DNA from: Octopus sinensis
Taxonomy: Eukaryota
Length of the DNA: 64,000 nucleotides
Direction of reading: 5' to 3'
Assembly: GCF_006345805.1 (NCBI RefSeq)
Contig: NC_042999.1
Span: forward strand, 144,336,001 to 144,400,000
The stretch's first letter is position 1. Each line of letters begins with the position of its first letter. The notes below the pieces were generated by a model. It had not been told where the DNA came from. It ran no database searches and saw only the letters and a list, made by a program, of their open reading frames with translations. Position numbers and translations under genes: made by a program. Shown piece after piece: positions 26,006-40,718 of the stretch.

Positions 26006-28312
26006 TCAAAACAAAGTTTGAGAAAGAAATAAAAGAAAAAATGCTCAAGGTTACTTTTAATTAAAGAAATCTATTCAACAAGATCACACTTCTTGGGTTA
26101 AATTAGTAAATAAGGCAAATAGACAGGTCAGGCAAAGCCTTGATGAATAGTTAAATGTTAATAGTGTAGAAACATTAGTGCCATTAACACTCATTGTGAT
26201 CATTACTATTTCTGTGGAAAATGTAGAAGCTAAGCTTCTGTTGAACGAAGTCCAGTAAGTCAGTGCCATTTCAATTTACTGGTGATACTAAATATACTTT
26301 GAAAAACATGAAATTTACACAATATAATTTTCCCTGTCACATAGATCTATGTCAAATAATAATAATGATAATAATCAATATTATTACCATCATCATCATC
26401 ATTGAGACTGTGGATACGCTAAATCAATTACAAATTCCTATACAAAACATTTTGAAGATAGTTTTGTCTACATTCTGAGTTCATATTTCAGTAACAACTT
26501 TGTTTTTCATCCTTGTAGTGTTGGTAAAATAATACCAGTAATATACATTTTTCACCATGTATCTTCTACCAGTCAGAAAAGAGCAATGCTGGGGACCTAG
26601 CAACTGGAATGTGATCAGGCATTCACCACATGCCACCAATTAGACAATGCAATAATTGAAAACTCCACTTGAGCAATATAAAGCAGACTAGTGGTGGACA
26701 AGAACAATAATATCCTCAGGAAAACTCTAGGCATCAATGAGGACAAACTGGCTGATGTGTTGTGGGGGATTTACAAGCCAAGGATAACTATGGATAACTT
26801 CTAGAAATCCTTGACCTGGCAACAGTACCAAAGGATATTACTGATTGAAGATAACAGGCACAGAAATGCCATGAAGCAGAAATGTCGAAGATGCATGCAG
26901 AGCAATCAAACTGTACTGCATACAGTGCCCAAGCATTACTGATTTGTGGAGTTGTGGCAAATAGCTGTTGTTACATATAGGTCACATACGGCTATTGGGC
27001 AAGATCATCCTGAAGATCATGCCACTGCTTTCTTTTAATAAAACTGGGCAAGAGGTTTTTCTCTAGCTGATGGCTATGGCAAATTAGTTTACATGGTGTA
27101 TAAAACTTTACACATTAAAGTAAAACATGTTTCTCTTTGATCAAGCCTTCATTGACTTTTTCAAATTTCATCTGGAAAAGACAGTGAAGGTAGCAAAGGA
27201 AGTACTCTCCTCCAGTAAGCTTTTCAAAATAAGGGTGACTGTGACAAAACTGGTTAAAGTGAATGGTACTCTAAGTATGTATTTGTAGATTGGAGAACAA
27301 CAGTTAGGCAGGGGCTTGTTTCCTTGGTAATCAGTGTGATTTTGGATATGTGGGGTTCTTTGACTGGCACTAGCTGGGAGACTCATTTATATCAAGAGGA
27401 TTGCATTATTCATGTATTCATATACTTTGTATATGAGTACTTCCCATTTCATTCCTCCCCTCCACCTTTCCTCCCTCATCAGTGACTTTTGTACACCCCA
27501 ACAAATTGTAACCCATTTTGTAACTTTCCTTTCATTTGATGCCTCTGTGGCAAATAGATGAAATCACTATCATTATCATTTCACCACAACCACAACACTA
27601 CTACTATTATAATTACATTTGTTGAAGCAATAGCACCTGAACATTTCATTTTCAGACTTACTTTTTTTGTGTGGTTGTTTTTTTTCTGTAAAGCTACATA
27701 ACAGTTCCCTTAAAATAAAATTAACTGTTTAAAACAGAGAGTCAGTGACAAAATGCTCAACCATGGAACTAGTAGATGACAAATGGCAAAGCACCACTAT
27801 TTTAGTCTTGCAGTATTTAGTTCTGGTCACACCAGAATTGACTTCCATTTCTCTAGTTTTGATAAAATAACAATGAAGTATTGAAACCAATCTAGTAGAG
27901 GATATCTTTCCCCGACAAATCATTGGCTTTATCTCAATGTGATGAGTTATAATTTAGAAACATTCATCTCTATTGTCAACTAATAGATTAACACACTGCA
28001 TAGTAAGCATCTCCCATATGGTTCATATCAATAGCATGTTGGTTTGCAAACAACTAAAATTCCCATATGTCACTTTTTTTATTATTGTCATTATGTCCCA
28101 TATTTTTGAAAACAATAGTATTGTCAGTTATAAGTTTCCAATGAAGCAATCACAAGTTTACTGCATTTCCAATAGTTCAAGTGACAAGATAATGCCTGTG
28201 CAACTTGGGCAGAAAAAAATACAAAGTATTAGTTTGAATGTTCTGGTTTATCAGTTTCCTCACCAATGTCAACATTTTTCACTACTATACATGAGTGAAA
28301 GATATACACATC

Positions 28313-28361
<49 letters not shown>

Positions 28362-31029
28362 TGCACGCGCGCGCATGCATACATATATATATACACACAC
28401 AAGGTTCCACAAAGTTTCCATCAAACAAATTTTGTTCACAACTCACAGCTACAGTAGAAGGCCAAGATTTCAGTCAAAATCACAACAGAATCAACATAAA
28501 TGTAAATCACCTCTGTGCTGGAATCTACCTATGAGGAGATGAGTTAAAAAGAAAGTTCTTTAAACATGATACGAGTGTAGCACTGAAGAACAAGCCATTA
28601 AGCCACTTGCCCTTAACAATCACAGAATCAGAACATCTATGATTTTACATTAGAAACTCATAAGTTAAGTGTTACCACTGATATGATCAGTCTTAATTCA
28701 TTTGTACTGCATTCCAGACAATAGTAGCTATCAATCTTTATATTGTAGAGAAAATAATAAAATGACTGAGTATTGATTGACTCAATAAACAAAGTTAAGA
28801 GTTCTATATAAGGTGATATTTTTCTAACTTCCTAAAGTGTTTACTCTGATGAAGGAAAGTTCTCATCAAAACATCAGCTATTCAGACAGGAACAGTAGAT
28901 TCAAAACTATTGAATTTTTTTATCATTTTAACTTTAATCTTCATATCATTCCTGTTCTCTCCTAACTTTCCCTCTCATAGAGTAGCATTGAACGTCAATA
29001 CTATAAGACATGACTGTATTCCTCACAATTTCATTTATTCACCCTCTTTATCTATTTATGTTTTAAAAATAATTCAGTCACAAATCTATTGTATTTGAAG
29101 TGTCTTCTGGTAATCAATATCTTAAACAAAATTTATACTTAACAAATTGGATTTCAATGTTAGTTTACATGAATCAAATCAATTTTTATCTTTGATAATT
29201 TGTTTCTTAGATATATTTAAAATGTTCACACATATAATACATAATTTTACAATAACAGATGGAAGAACGTACATTTCAGACCACATGGAAACCCATGAGA
29301 GCTTTAGTTTGCCATAGTGTTTTTAGAGCAAGTTAGCTCTGTACAGACCAGGCCTCTTCAAACTAAACCTGTGACAGTAATTACTGCTCAGCACTGAGAT
29401 GTGCATCACTATGGTACTTTTCTTACAAAACAGGCAGACTAGGTCACTGAGATCTAAATATTTTAGCTGGTAATCCACAGCCATCTACATCTGCAATGTA
29501 AACCACCAAATTGTATGTACATATTGGTAAATTTAAAATAATTTAGTTCTTTTTTTACTATTGCAAAATAATAATTACTGAATTTGTTTTTTAAGCTTAA
29601 AAATGGCTTTTATTTAACCAGGTCTTATTGCAAACTGCATTCATAAAGTGTCCACAATATACAGTAAACATTACCAAACTGTATTTGTAAATTTAGATTA
29701 CTTCTTTTATTTACTGTACTGTATTAAAAAAATTAAAAAATTATTTGTTTGTAAGCTTAAAATAGGTTTTTATTAACCATGTATTATTGAAAAACATTCA
29801 TAAATCAAGTACAGAACTGGGAATGGTTATTATCGGATTAACCTAGAGACAAGTAAATTCAGCCTAGCCTTGCCTAGAGACAAGTTAATTTGACTTAAGT
29901 CATTTTTCGACTTAAGTCGTGTCTCCTGAAACCAATTAACGATATAGGGTGAGGTATGCCTATACATTTGTTTTGTGTACAAATAATTTTTAAAATATAA
30001 TTGTAACTGTGTATATAACTTGTAAATGTTTATGACTGAGACAATCAACACATCTCACCTGCAATGTATAAATTTTTCCAAAAGAAAAAGAAATGACTTT
30101 ATGCAACTACAGTTAATTAAAATTACAAGAAAGCTAACAGTGGGCTCTTAGATATTGCCAAAAATATGGTACAAGTGAATTGAGAGACCCCATATTCACT
30201 CATATCAATTTATTTCATGAGAGATGCTTTACTAATTTTTAAATTACTGGATACATTTCATCCTGTTAATGCTCAAAAATGAACAAGACTGAAGGGTTTC
30301 TCTCTACAGCAGAACACATTAAAAATAAATAAATAAAATAACAGCAAAGTATGGCACTGAGAAGTAATCATTGTTTTTTAATTAAACAATGAAGTAATGA
30401 ATCAGGAGTTAGAGGGTCACTGCCCAAGGACACAAAAGAATGCTTACAGCAAGCTCTGATCTCACATGATAAAACAGGAATATGATACCAACACATCAAA
30501 TCTAGGCCAAGCCAAACCAAATCACTTTAAAATGTTAGATATGAAAGTCTAATAACTACTAAAATATTTTTAGTTTTGAAAATAAATGTGTGTGTGTGTA
30601 TTCACACACACAAACATACATACACACATATGTATACATATAAACACACAAAATGTGACTTTTTTGAAGCTAAAAGCATTTCAGTATTTACAATAATCTT
30701 AGATTTTTATGTATAACCCTTGTCAAGCTCTATGATGTATATGTACATATATCATAATGGGTTGGCTGGGTTGTTACAGTCCAAGTCACTTGTTATTTGG
30801 AGTTACTGTCTTTTAGGACAGGTTGAAGGACCATATCTAGTTCATTATATAATATATATAAGGAGAAAGAAGAGTCACGGAAAGACAAGGAGATAAACTA
30901 ATGCATAGCAAGAGGAAACAGCAAATTAAAAGAGAATAAGATTGATGAAAGTATGTAGTGTTAATTGTTTTGTACAAGATGTTTGGGATAAATTTGACAA
31001 TTTTTAAAGTCTCCTTTTGTTTTTCAGGA

Positions 31030-31804
31030 ACAGCTTGATGTACTGGTGAACAGTCAATGGTGTTGGAAAGCACAAAGATTAAAGCTGTAGTTGAGAAAAA
31101 GTTAGTTGTCACAGAGGACAAGAAGCAATCTGAATATCGGAAAAGAGTTACCTGTATGATGATGATTCATGATGGGTATCAAAATGCTGACATCATGACT
31201 CTGCTCAATGCTCTGTAAAAGCTGTAAGACATGGCATGGACAGCTGCAACAGAACTACAAAGCCATGGCCAGCAGGAAGGGACACAGCAGGTGTTCTAAC
31301 TGCATCCACATGCCTGAATTCACCCCACATCTTTTAACAGGGAATTAGGCTCAATTCAGACAGCTATGTGAAGCTGCTGGAAGGCCATGTACGACAGGAT
31401 TCAACACTTTGGCATACCACTGGAAAGAGTCAAAAGTGGTTATTGGGGAATTCCTATGACTTCACCAGCTCCAATTTCTGGACTCCTAATACTTCCATTT
31501 GATATCCCATGGATTACTATGTACAGGGTGCAGTTGAGAAAGACACCAACTGCTCTGCTTGCAACACAAAGGCTGAGCTGATGGCCAAGATCATGGAAGT
31601 ATTCAAAGACCTTCCCAGGAACACAGTGAGGAACACTGCTAAGTTCTGAAACCATCTTGAGACTGTGGTGGAAGCTGAAGGTGGATACTTTGAATAAGCT
31701 GTTATCTCCCAGCCATAACCTAATTGATTTTATTTGATCTTTTAAAAATATTTTTATTTTGTTGGTGGGGCATTGTGCTTTCGTTTCATTTTATGCAAAC
31801 TGTA
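31030..31804 (+). mobile_element. Internally deleted DD37D/maT-like transposon relic
   Basis: N-terminal remnant (EYRKRVTCMMMIHDGYQNADI) and C-terminal FWTPN..PMDYYVQGAVEKDTN..CNTKAELMAKI..VVEAEGGYFE*; the central catalytic region is missing; boundaries approximate. Confidence 0.75.
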
Positions 31805-32011
31805 AAATTTACCTAGAACATCCTGTACGTTGGTACAGCAAAACACCTATAACAAAATGCAAATTCACATCAACAAATTTAAATTTAACAAGGATTTGTT
31901 TCAATCAGACTACACTGTGTTTGAAAGTGCCCAGTAATATCATGAGATTTTCAGATTCATAGCAGTAACTATTACATGAGTTTGCAACATTATTATTACC
32001 AGACTATTAAT

Positions 32012-32586
32012 ATTATTGAGATAGCAGCACATGCCAACAAAGTGACACTGGAGTGCAAATATATGAAGCCTAATATACCCATCATGGCTACTCACCTGAT
32101 AAGGGTACACCCGGCATATGCATCACAACCATAGGTGCGTGATATGGTGATCTCATATCACGATAAACAGCACATGACCTTGCAGGGGAAGTCCTAGTTA
32201 GAATTTTCTTCAGGTCTTGTAGCCCAGCCCACTCAAAAGGTCCTTGGATGAGAGTTGTTTAAGGATGTTGAACAAAACACCTATGTTACCATAAGTGACT
32301 TATTGAAACCCCAAAGAATTCCTCTCAACGCATGGCTATGATGCTCCCCCACAACTTCTGCTCATGATCAGAGATGCACATATCATCAGTCACTAAGAGA
32401 CATGTTCAAATGGTTATAGTCAAGCAGTTGACAAGCAAATCTAAGGTATTGAACAGAATGTTTACTGTAGCCCATCTTTTATACAAAGACAAAACATGTA
32501 CATGATAACACTTCAAATCAGTTAAGATCAAAAGCCATGAGAACCACTACCTGGTACTGTGTCAGGGCATCTATTATTATTATTAT
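32012..32586. mobile_element. Unclassified interspersed repeat flanked by (ATT)n
   Basis: About 570 bp GC-richer block with attatt tracts at both ends; no ORF and no TIR. Confidence 0.45.
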
Positions 32587-33880
32587 GGTGGCGGTGAGGG
32601 CTGGCGCATCAAATGGCTGCACCAGGCTCCAATCTTGATCTGGCAGAGTTTTTACAGCTGGATGCCCTTCCTAATGCTAATGTCGCCGCCGCCGTAACTT
32701 TAGAAGATGTAGCCCTATAGCCTATACAGGAACCATTATTACTATCTTTATTTATGGTTTGAGAAAGTGATCAAGAGTTTTCTGTCTTGAAATAAGAATT
32801 AGACACAGCTTGAATAACATGTATAGAAGTGTTGAATGTTAATAAAGATGGTCAATATGAACAAGAATGTTTTCAGATCCTACCCAGTAAAGTAATTTTC
32901 TGGAACATGTTAATGTCCATCCTTATAAGTAATTTGTCAATCTCCTTACATAAATCATTGTGTATCACTCCAATTGTGCCAACTACAAATGTGATTGCTA
33001 AGCATATTACTTAACTATCATAATGTTTTAGTTCAAATGATAAGTCACTCTAAACTCCTTAGCTTTCAGTCAGCGTCTACACATTATAGTCATCTAGTAT
33101 TACTATGCTGATAATTAATATGATTTTGTCATCAAGAATGTCAAACTTATGTATTAACTAGAAGTCTGCATGCTAATTTTTCTTAGAATTATTTTTATTA
33201 TTCATTTTATTTGTTGTTGACTTTGTCATTCATTTCTGCTAGGTCATTCACATTTACAAATAGCTTTGTACCAAAATAAGAAGTCAAGGGCAATGTGGTG
33301 AAAGAAATGATACAATGACAGACTAAATGCTCTATAGTAATTAATCAAGTCCCTTTCTTTACTGAAGTTGAAATCCAAACAAGATCAAACTAACCTTTCA
33401 TCCTTCCAAGACTTATAAAATGAGTACCAGTCAAGTACAAGCCAGGACTGTAGAGTCACAGTTGGAAGCAATTATTGGATTGTCAGGAGCTAGTAAAAAT
33501 GAGTCAATCCTGACTAAATTGTAATATGTGCTACTTTATAAAAAACAGTCTCCATTTTTGTTGGGTTTTTTTAAGGTTTTATTTTATGCTAAATAGTTTT
33601 GTAAATTCTTTAATAATATTAAATGGCCTCATTACAGCCTTTATACTCAAACTTTAACAAGCTAGGGAGCTAAAAAGTAGCCTGATTATCATCCACAGTC
33701 AATGTATGTTGTGTAATATCAGGAGTTTCCCGGTGACCCAACAGGTCATGGGTAGACTAGTTACATATAAAAGTTTGTGATATTAAACTGTTGAGTTAAC
33801 ATCAGAGTCAGAAGTTTATATACAATTCCAATGTCCTTGATACTAGCATCAATTATGCTAGTGGGGTGGGAAAGTGGCCA

Positions 33881-33929
33881 GTATTGACCCCTGCAAGTCT
33901 ATGTCACATAGACTTGCAGGGGTCAATAC
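33881..33929. repeat. Perfect 24-bp-arm palindrome with 1-nt spacer
   Basis: gtattgacccctgcaagtctatgt-c-acatagacttgcaggggtcaatac. Confidence 0.97.
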
Positions 33930-36900
33930 ACACACACACACACATATACATATATATCATCATCATCAATATCAGTGTTTGAATTATCCTGGTTCTTTAT
34001 AGATTTTGCATAGCATTTTCATTAAATTGCTTTAAATATTTCTTATTAAAAAGTGGTAATGATACAAAAGAAAAGAGAAATTGTTTTTCAATTGAGAATG
34101 TTTTTATTAATTACATTCTTTAATTTTATTTTAGAAATTTTATTTTAGAAATTTTATTTTATTTTTCAAGATGGGGGTTAGTTATTGATGATTCTATGAA
34201 GGGCTCATTGATATAAGAAATTTGCTGACCTCTGAATTGTACTGACTATACTCCTTCACCAAAATCTGTAACCTTGGAGCAATAGAGCAGTATTAGAAGT
34301 TATAATTTGAAGTTGAATTTGCTTGAGGAAGGTGGGAGACACTAAAATATATACCAGTAATGTATTGATGACAACTTGAGTAATTGTGCCCCTCCCCATT
34401 GTGTCAATGTGAAAAAAATTGTTAGTAGAAGACAAAAATGATAGTGTGTTGGACTAATCATTTTATAATAGTTTAGCCTTGTCCAGAATTCAATCCAGCT
34501 GAGGTTAACTTTGCCCTGTGAGTACTAGTAATAAAGGCAGTAGACTGGCTGAATCGTTATAGCTTTATAAATAATTGAAACAAATACTACAAGGTACTGT
34601 TTTGCATTTTGAGTTCTCAGGCAGGTATAGTGAGCTTGTCTCTGTCTTGATGACAATATGGTGTCTTGTAAAAGTTAGTTAACAGTAAACAAAATGGAAA
34701 CTATCTTTGTAATTTCTCAAAAAAATTCTATGACAGGTACATAGCACTTATCTAAAAAGTTATCATGAAGTTATTTGTTGATCATATGGCAGAAAGAAGG
34801 AAGATTTACACTCTCCATTTCAACTATCAGCCTTGTACCTACGGAAGAAATCATTATTATCTAGAACCCCTTATAAATGTCGATTAGATAACTTGTTTGT
34901 CAAGTAACATGTTCTACTTTAAGATTTAATCCTTTGTCAACATTACTAACTTGTGAATTATCCAACTAATGTTTGCCAGTATGTGAGCTTTGACAAATAA
35001 ACTGTGTGATGTTGCAGTCAACATCAAACTCAGATATTGATCCTTAGCATAAACGACTGAAGACCATGGTGAAACCAGATATCATTATAGTTTCTTAGTC
35101 AGAAACACATCAGACATAGAGACAAAAGGTAAAATAGTGACACACTAATCCACTTATCTACAATATAGCTTTATCATCAACAACAATATATCATCAACAA
35201 CAATACTTGTTTAACACTAATTATATAATGAACAGATCTGCTGTACAACTACATAGATACAGCTACTAGGCCTTCCATAGATATGACAGTATTTAGTATA
35301 ATACTAATGCTACAATACTGGCTTGTTTGAGGGATACTCAACATACCTCTTTTATTTACCTTTTTTTCAGGTCTTCTACTAAAAACCCCAATCCTTTGAG
35401 GTTTGACCTATCTACCTCATCCCAAATTTCCCTTCTGGTCCAAACTTTCGAGTACCCAAACCATCTTTCATCTCTCGCATCCATGCAATAATGTAAAATT
35501 TTTCAATGAATATAGTACTAAAAAAGACTATATCAAACTACTACATTCAAATCCACAGTCCACTACTAGCATTTCATTGTGTATTTGAATCCCTACTCAA
35601 CTGTCAGGAACCATGTAAACTGAGAATATTACTGGGGAATAATTTCTTGGTCAGGACATCATATCTCAAATGCTTCATACAAATAAATTGGAACTAAGTA
35701 CTAGCCACTAAAAGCTTCTTTTGGCCTATGAGACTCATATGTACACTCATTACAAATTTTAATCTTCAGCAGTGAATTACATCTAGTTCATCCCAAACTT
35801 TACTTTGTCCCAGATAACTAATTTATTGAACTTAGCCACCATATCCTTACTTATCTTGATTGTTTTCTACTACTAGCTTAACAGGCACTTTCTGGCACAA
35901 TCTGTTTATCATTTTTAATTACATGCTAATAAATATAACTGATGTGTTCTAGTGTAAGAGATCATTTTCATCTCAAACCCCCATTTGAGTTATTTTACTC
36001 ACTTCACCAATGTTTTAGGAAATGGCATAGATCTACACCCCCATTCTTATTTCTACATCACTTGAGTTAATAGGATTTCATCACCCATTAATAGATACCA
36101 CTAGTTCATGAAATTAACCTGTATACCCACTTCTTTTGCATACACCAACTTCAGAAAACAAACAAAGGAATGAAAGAAGGTAAGTAATATTCAGAAAGAT
36201 AAAGATGGTACAAAACCATGAAAAGTTACCAATATAACTGAACTGTACTGATTTTTGTGGTTTATTTAATCACAGGTCAGCTCTAATTGAGCTAACTTAT
36301 GATCAAAGGTGTCCAGCAACCATTCCATTTTTTTAAGGCAGTCCTTTCATTTTTTTTAATTTTTTATATTAAGTAGAGTATAATTTTATAAATATTTGGT
36401 TGCTATTTCCAGCAAGTTCAGCAAGCATGTAGAGGTTTTGTTGTTGCGGTTTCATACCAGATGAGTTAAGTTTGGAACTTATCACTGAATATACAGGTAG
36501 TTGCTACTATTAAACAGATTTTCTCAATAAAAGCTACAAAGTTAACACTAACAGGAATTAGGAGTTTCAGCTCTGAAAGAGTCTCATGAGAAGATAGACA
36601 GGTTTTAGGACAGTTAATTACTGTGAGGCTATGATACTGAACTGCAGATCACATGATTATGAGGTCTATTTTTATTAGAGTGACTGTGCTATACTCTTAG
36701 GCAAAGTACACACTTTGCTTGCCCCACCTTGTTTAGCTGCCAATACTTTCCATTCTATTTCATGATTGATTAATCAGCCCTAGAAGAGTATTCAGCTTTA
36801 ATTACTAATACAATTAGGAACATGTCCAAAAATTTCCCACTCATTCATGTATGGCAAAATAATGTAACATAGAAAGAAGACAAAAAAACTGTAGAATGAT

Positions 36901-39900
36901 GGAATAGCAATAACATGGGCACTGATGGGTGATAGATACAGCTTACCTCTTGGTAAGCTTGTGGCTCTTACTGTCTCAATCTTGTTTATAAAGTTTGAAT
37001 ATATCCTTATAATAAAATCTAAGCAGTTAATTAAAGAGTAAATGTGTTTTACATAAATATCAGTTACACAATAACAAAGCTAAAAAAACAAGGTAGATCA
37101 GAAATGGTTATGTCTTTTAAACAAAGTAAATGGATATACAGGAGAAGAAGGCTGAATTCATTTCAATAAGTGATAAAAAAAAGTCTTCAATGGTGCCACA
37201 TTGACCCTAATATAAAGTAAAAATGTAAATATCTTCAAAACCAAAAAGGATAATATAATTTTCAGTTTTAAAGTATCAAGTTGATGTAAGATGGGCCCCA
37301 GACAATATAAGATTTTGATCTATCGCCAGTAGTGCAATCTGATAGCTTTCTCAACAGCTTAATGAAATTATATGTACAATCCAAATCCAGAATGAAATAC
37401 CCATTGCGAATTTGAACCCAAGCCCTAAGAGCTGTTAATCCAATAATCTTCCATTGTGCCCTGTTATGGGACATTACTAAAACTGTGTCATGATATTTGT
37501 AAATAGCAAACAATCAACTGATTCAAAACTAACATATCTCAAGCAATGATTTGATAAGAAAAATAGTGAAGACTTGTCATTAAAAATAATGAGAAGGAAA
37601 ATGCTCTGTTAAAAATATTTTCAATCATCAACTTTAGAAAAGGTTAAAACACTTAGGGAATCTCAACATTTCAAATCAACAACCTAAAACAGATATTAAG
37701 TCACATTAATAAAAATGTTATGCTTTACACACACACACACAGAGCAATGATGCTTCAAGTGAAATAGTTGAGAAATGATACATAAATTATTTTCAACTTA
37801 ATACTATCTCGTAAGTAAACAGACATCAAGATTTGTAAGCAGGAAGAATACAGATTTGACTGCAGCACAGTTTCAACTCAAAATTACCATAAAGCAAGAA
37901 GTGTCTAGATTACCCACTGCACCAAAATAATAGCTTTGGCACAAATACAATTGTTCAAGCTAAGAAAGTAAATCCTTTCCAAATCATAAGACAATTTGAA
38001 AGTGGACATCTTCAGTTTTCATTGAATTTACCATATGAGAAAAACATATCCTCCATGATGAAATGCTGCTAATGCTTATAGCTGTGATGTATGCACTTTC
38101 AATATCTACTCAGTGTTAAGTAGCCTCAACCATTAAGAGATACATGGAAATATCTCATAGCCATTAATAACTCATTAGGTCACCAACTAAGGCTTCATTC
38201 TGCTAGGCTGAGTCCAGAGTAAAATCAGCTTAGCAGGCCAGTTATTTAGAAGTTATTCAGAACAGCAATCACAAGTATATAAGAGTAGTGAAATAACACA
38301 AATGAAAATTGAAGCCATGGTGCAAATTTGGCCTACCAGGATCTTATCACTTTATAGCATACACACACATATATATATATATATCCCCTATTATATTGGG
38401 AAGTACCATTGTATTTATCTTTGTTCATTTTTAAAGACAATAAATGATTAAAAAACACTTTCTTTCCAGAATATAATGTCAGATCGTTGCAGTTGTACTC
38501 ATGTCAATATTTAATTTCTGCACTGCAAGATGAAATACTTGTGGCACCTGTACCTTACATCTATATATTTAAGTGGACTATACAACAATATGTATAATTC
38601 ATTCGAATATGATAATTCAATAAGTTACCACTCAGAGTTTCTGCTTTTGTGTGTCCATAAGCTTCAACAAATGCACAAAGAAAAGACACTCAGAATTGCA
38701 ACTGAGTTAATCATTAGCCTCAGACAAATATGTACAGAGTTCTTTTACTACTGTTTGTATATCCAAACATGTGCATGTGTGAGCATTATTCTTATATTCT
38801 TTAGACTGACAGATATATAGACAACAGACAGACATATAACTGAGAGACAGATGATAGACAGACATATATACATTATCATGGCCACAACAAAGTAGCAATA
38901 ATTGATTTGCTGATCCTAAAGCCAATATCAGGTGAATTCTCTATAAACTTGTTGGTTGTGACTCTCACCTAAAATATCCTACCTCTTTCCCACAATAATT
39001 ATAAACAGAGCAAAATACTAAAATTCAATTATATTTTGGAACATTCTTCCAATACCAGAATAGTTTAGTTTCAAATAACAAAGTCAAAAAATACATTTTT
39101 CTTTTGAAGAATTTGGGGCTGGAGAGAAAAAGTACTACAAGGTATTGTTTTATACTTTGAAAAATGGGGTAGGGATAAAGAAACCTCAAACCACTCCACC
39201 ATACTATACATCCTATTAAGGAATGCATGGCAATGGAATCTGATACGGAAACATTTCAGTTCGAAGCCAGAAGTGCTCACTACTAAGTCAACTTCCTGGT
39301 TTACTTTTAAATATTGATTTAAAACTTTGTATTTTTTGGTTTCTTTCTTTTCCTTTTTTCAAAGAGAAATATATTCACTGTCTTGCTCTGCTTCACCCTC
39401 ATTCTTGTTTCTTTTTCCTTACTCCACTCCCACTCTCTCTTCTTTTTGATTTCTTGCTCTCAACACTTCTCTCTCATATATACTTATGAGAGTAAACACG
39501 GTTCACTCACCTCTTTTTTTATGGTTCTTTACCTCCCTCTTACTATCATTCCTTCTACCATAACTTTGTTTCTTTCCACTCTCTTCTTACCATTTTGTAT
39601 TCCTTACTCTTTATTATTTCTCCCTTGCCTAAAAACAATTCTTTTACAACAAATTTCCCCTGACTTAAGTTTACAAACCAAACAGATAAGAAACTCCAAA
39701 ATATTGCTGTGCTTTCTGTTCCAGATTTCCAGTCACCCATATGCCTAATTTAAGAGAACAATTAAGGCTGATAAGTAAATATGGGCATGGAGTTATCAAG
39801 GGATTTGTAGCAATAATAAGAATTTCTTACACAAATGCAGTTGAATTTTAGCATCTCATTACTTAACTGGCATTTATTTTATAAAAATAATTTAATTTAG

Positions 39901-40718
39901 GCTCAAGACCAGCAGTTTTGAAGTGAGAGAGTTAGTCGATACCAATAACCTAAGAAGGAAGAAAGGCAAAGCAACCTCTGTTGGATTCAAACTCAGAACA
40001 TAAAGAGACAAAATAAATATTGATGCTCTAACAATCCAGCAACCAACACAATGATAATAATATATATTGTTGCTATTATGCAAAAGTATCACAAGTCCAA
40101 AACGTTCCTTTTTCAGAAAATGAAAAAATAGTTTCACCATTCCATAATAAAAGTGTTGTGCTACATTTTGACAATTTTTGATATCTTGGTATCTGAAGCA
40201 GCTGAAGATATGATAGTTTAACCAAAAGAACCGGCTATTGCAAGCAAAAATAAATATTGGAAAAAACACATTTGGCCAAATTTGGACATACAACAGTTTA
40301 ACATAATAGTAACAATATGTACAAGACCTTAAATTAGTGGGAGGCACAGCCAATTATATTAATCTGAGTATTTCACAGGTACTTATAGACCACAAACTCA
40401 ACCTCAGCAGGATTGTTAAAAACAATAACTAAAAATCCCTAAATTATAATCTTATTTGTAGATAACCATAAATTGGTGAGATTGTAGTCAATTAAAACAA
40501 CACTAATACTTAACACTAATACATATTTTATTTGCATAAGAAGCACAAAAGGTAAAACTGGAATTTGAACTCGCAACAGACTGATAATTTGCTTATTTTA
40601 CCAATCAGTCAATCTCCAAGTTGCTGCCAGTTCACATGAGATTAAAGGTATGTCAGAACTTCTTTCTTTTCTCTTCTATTATTTGAAACCTGGACTTTAT
40701 ATCTATAAAATCATAATA

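Noticed and set aside
26570-27060. Possible LINE remnant with a CRxC..H zinc-knuckle-like peptide
   Set aside because: Too degraded, with many stops, to assign a family by eye.
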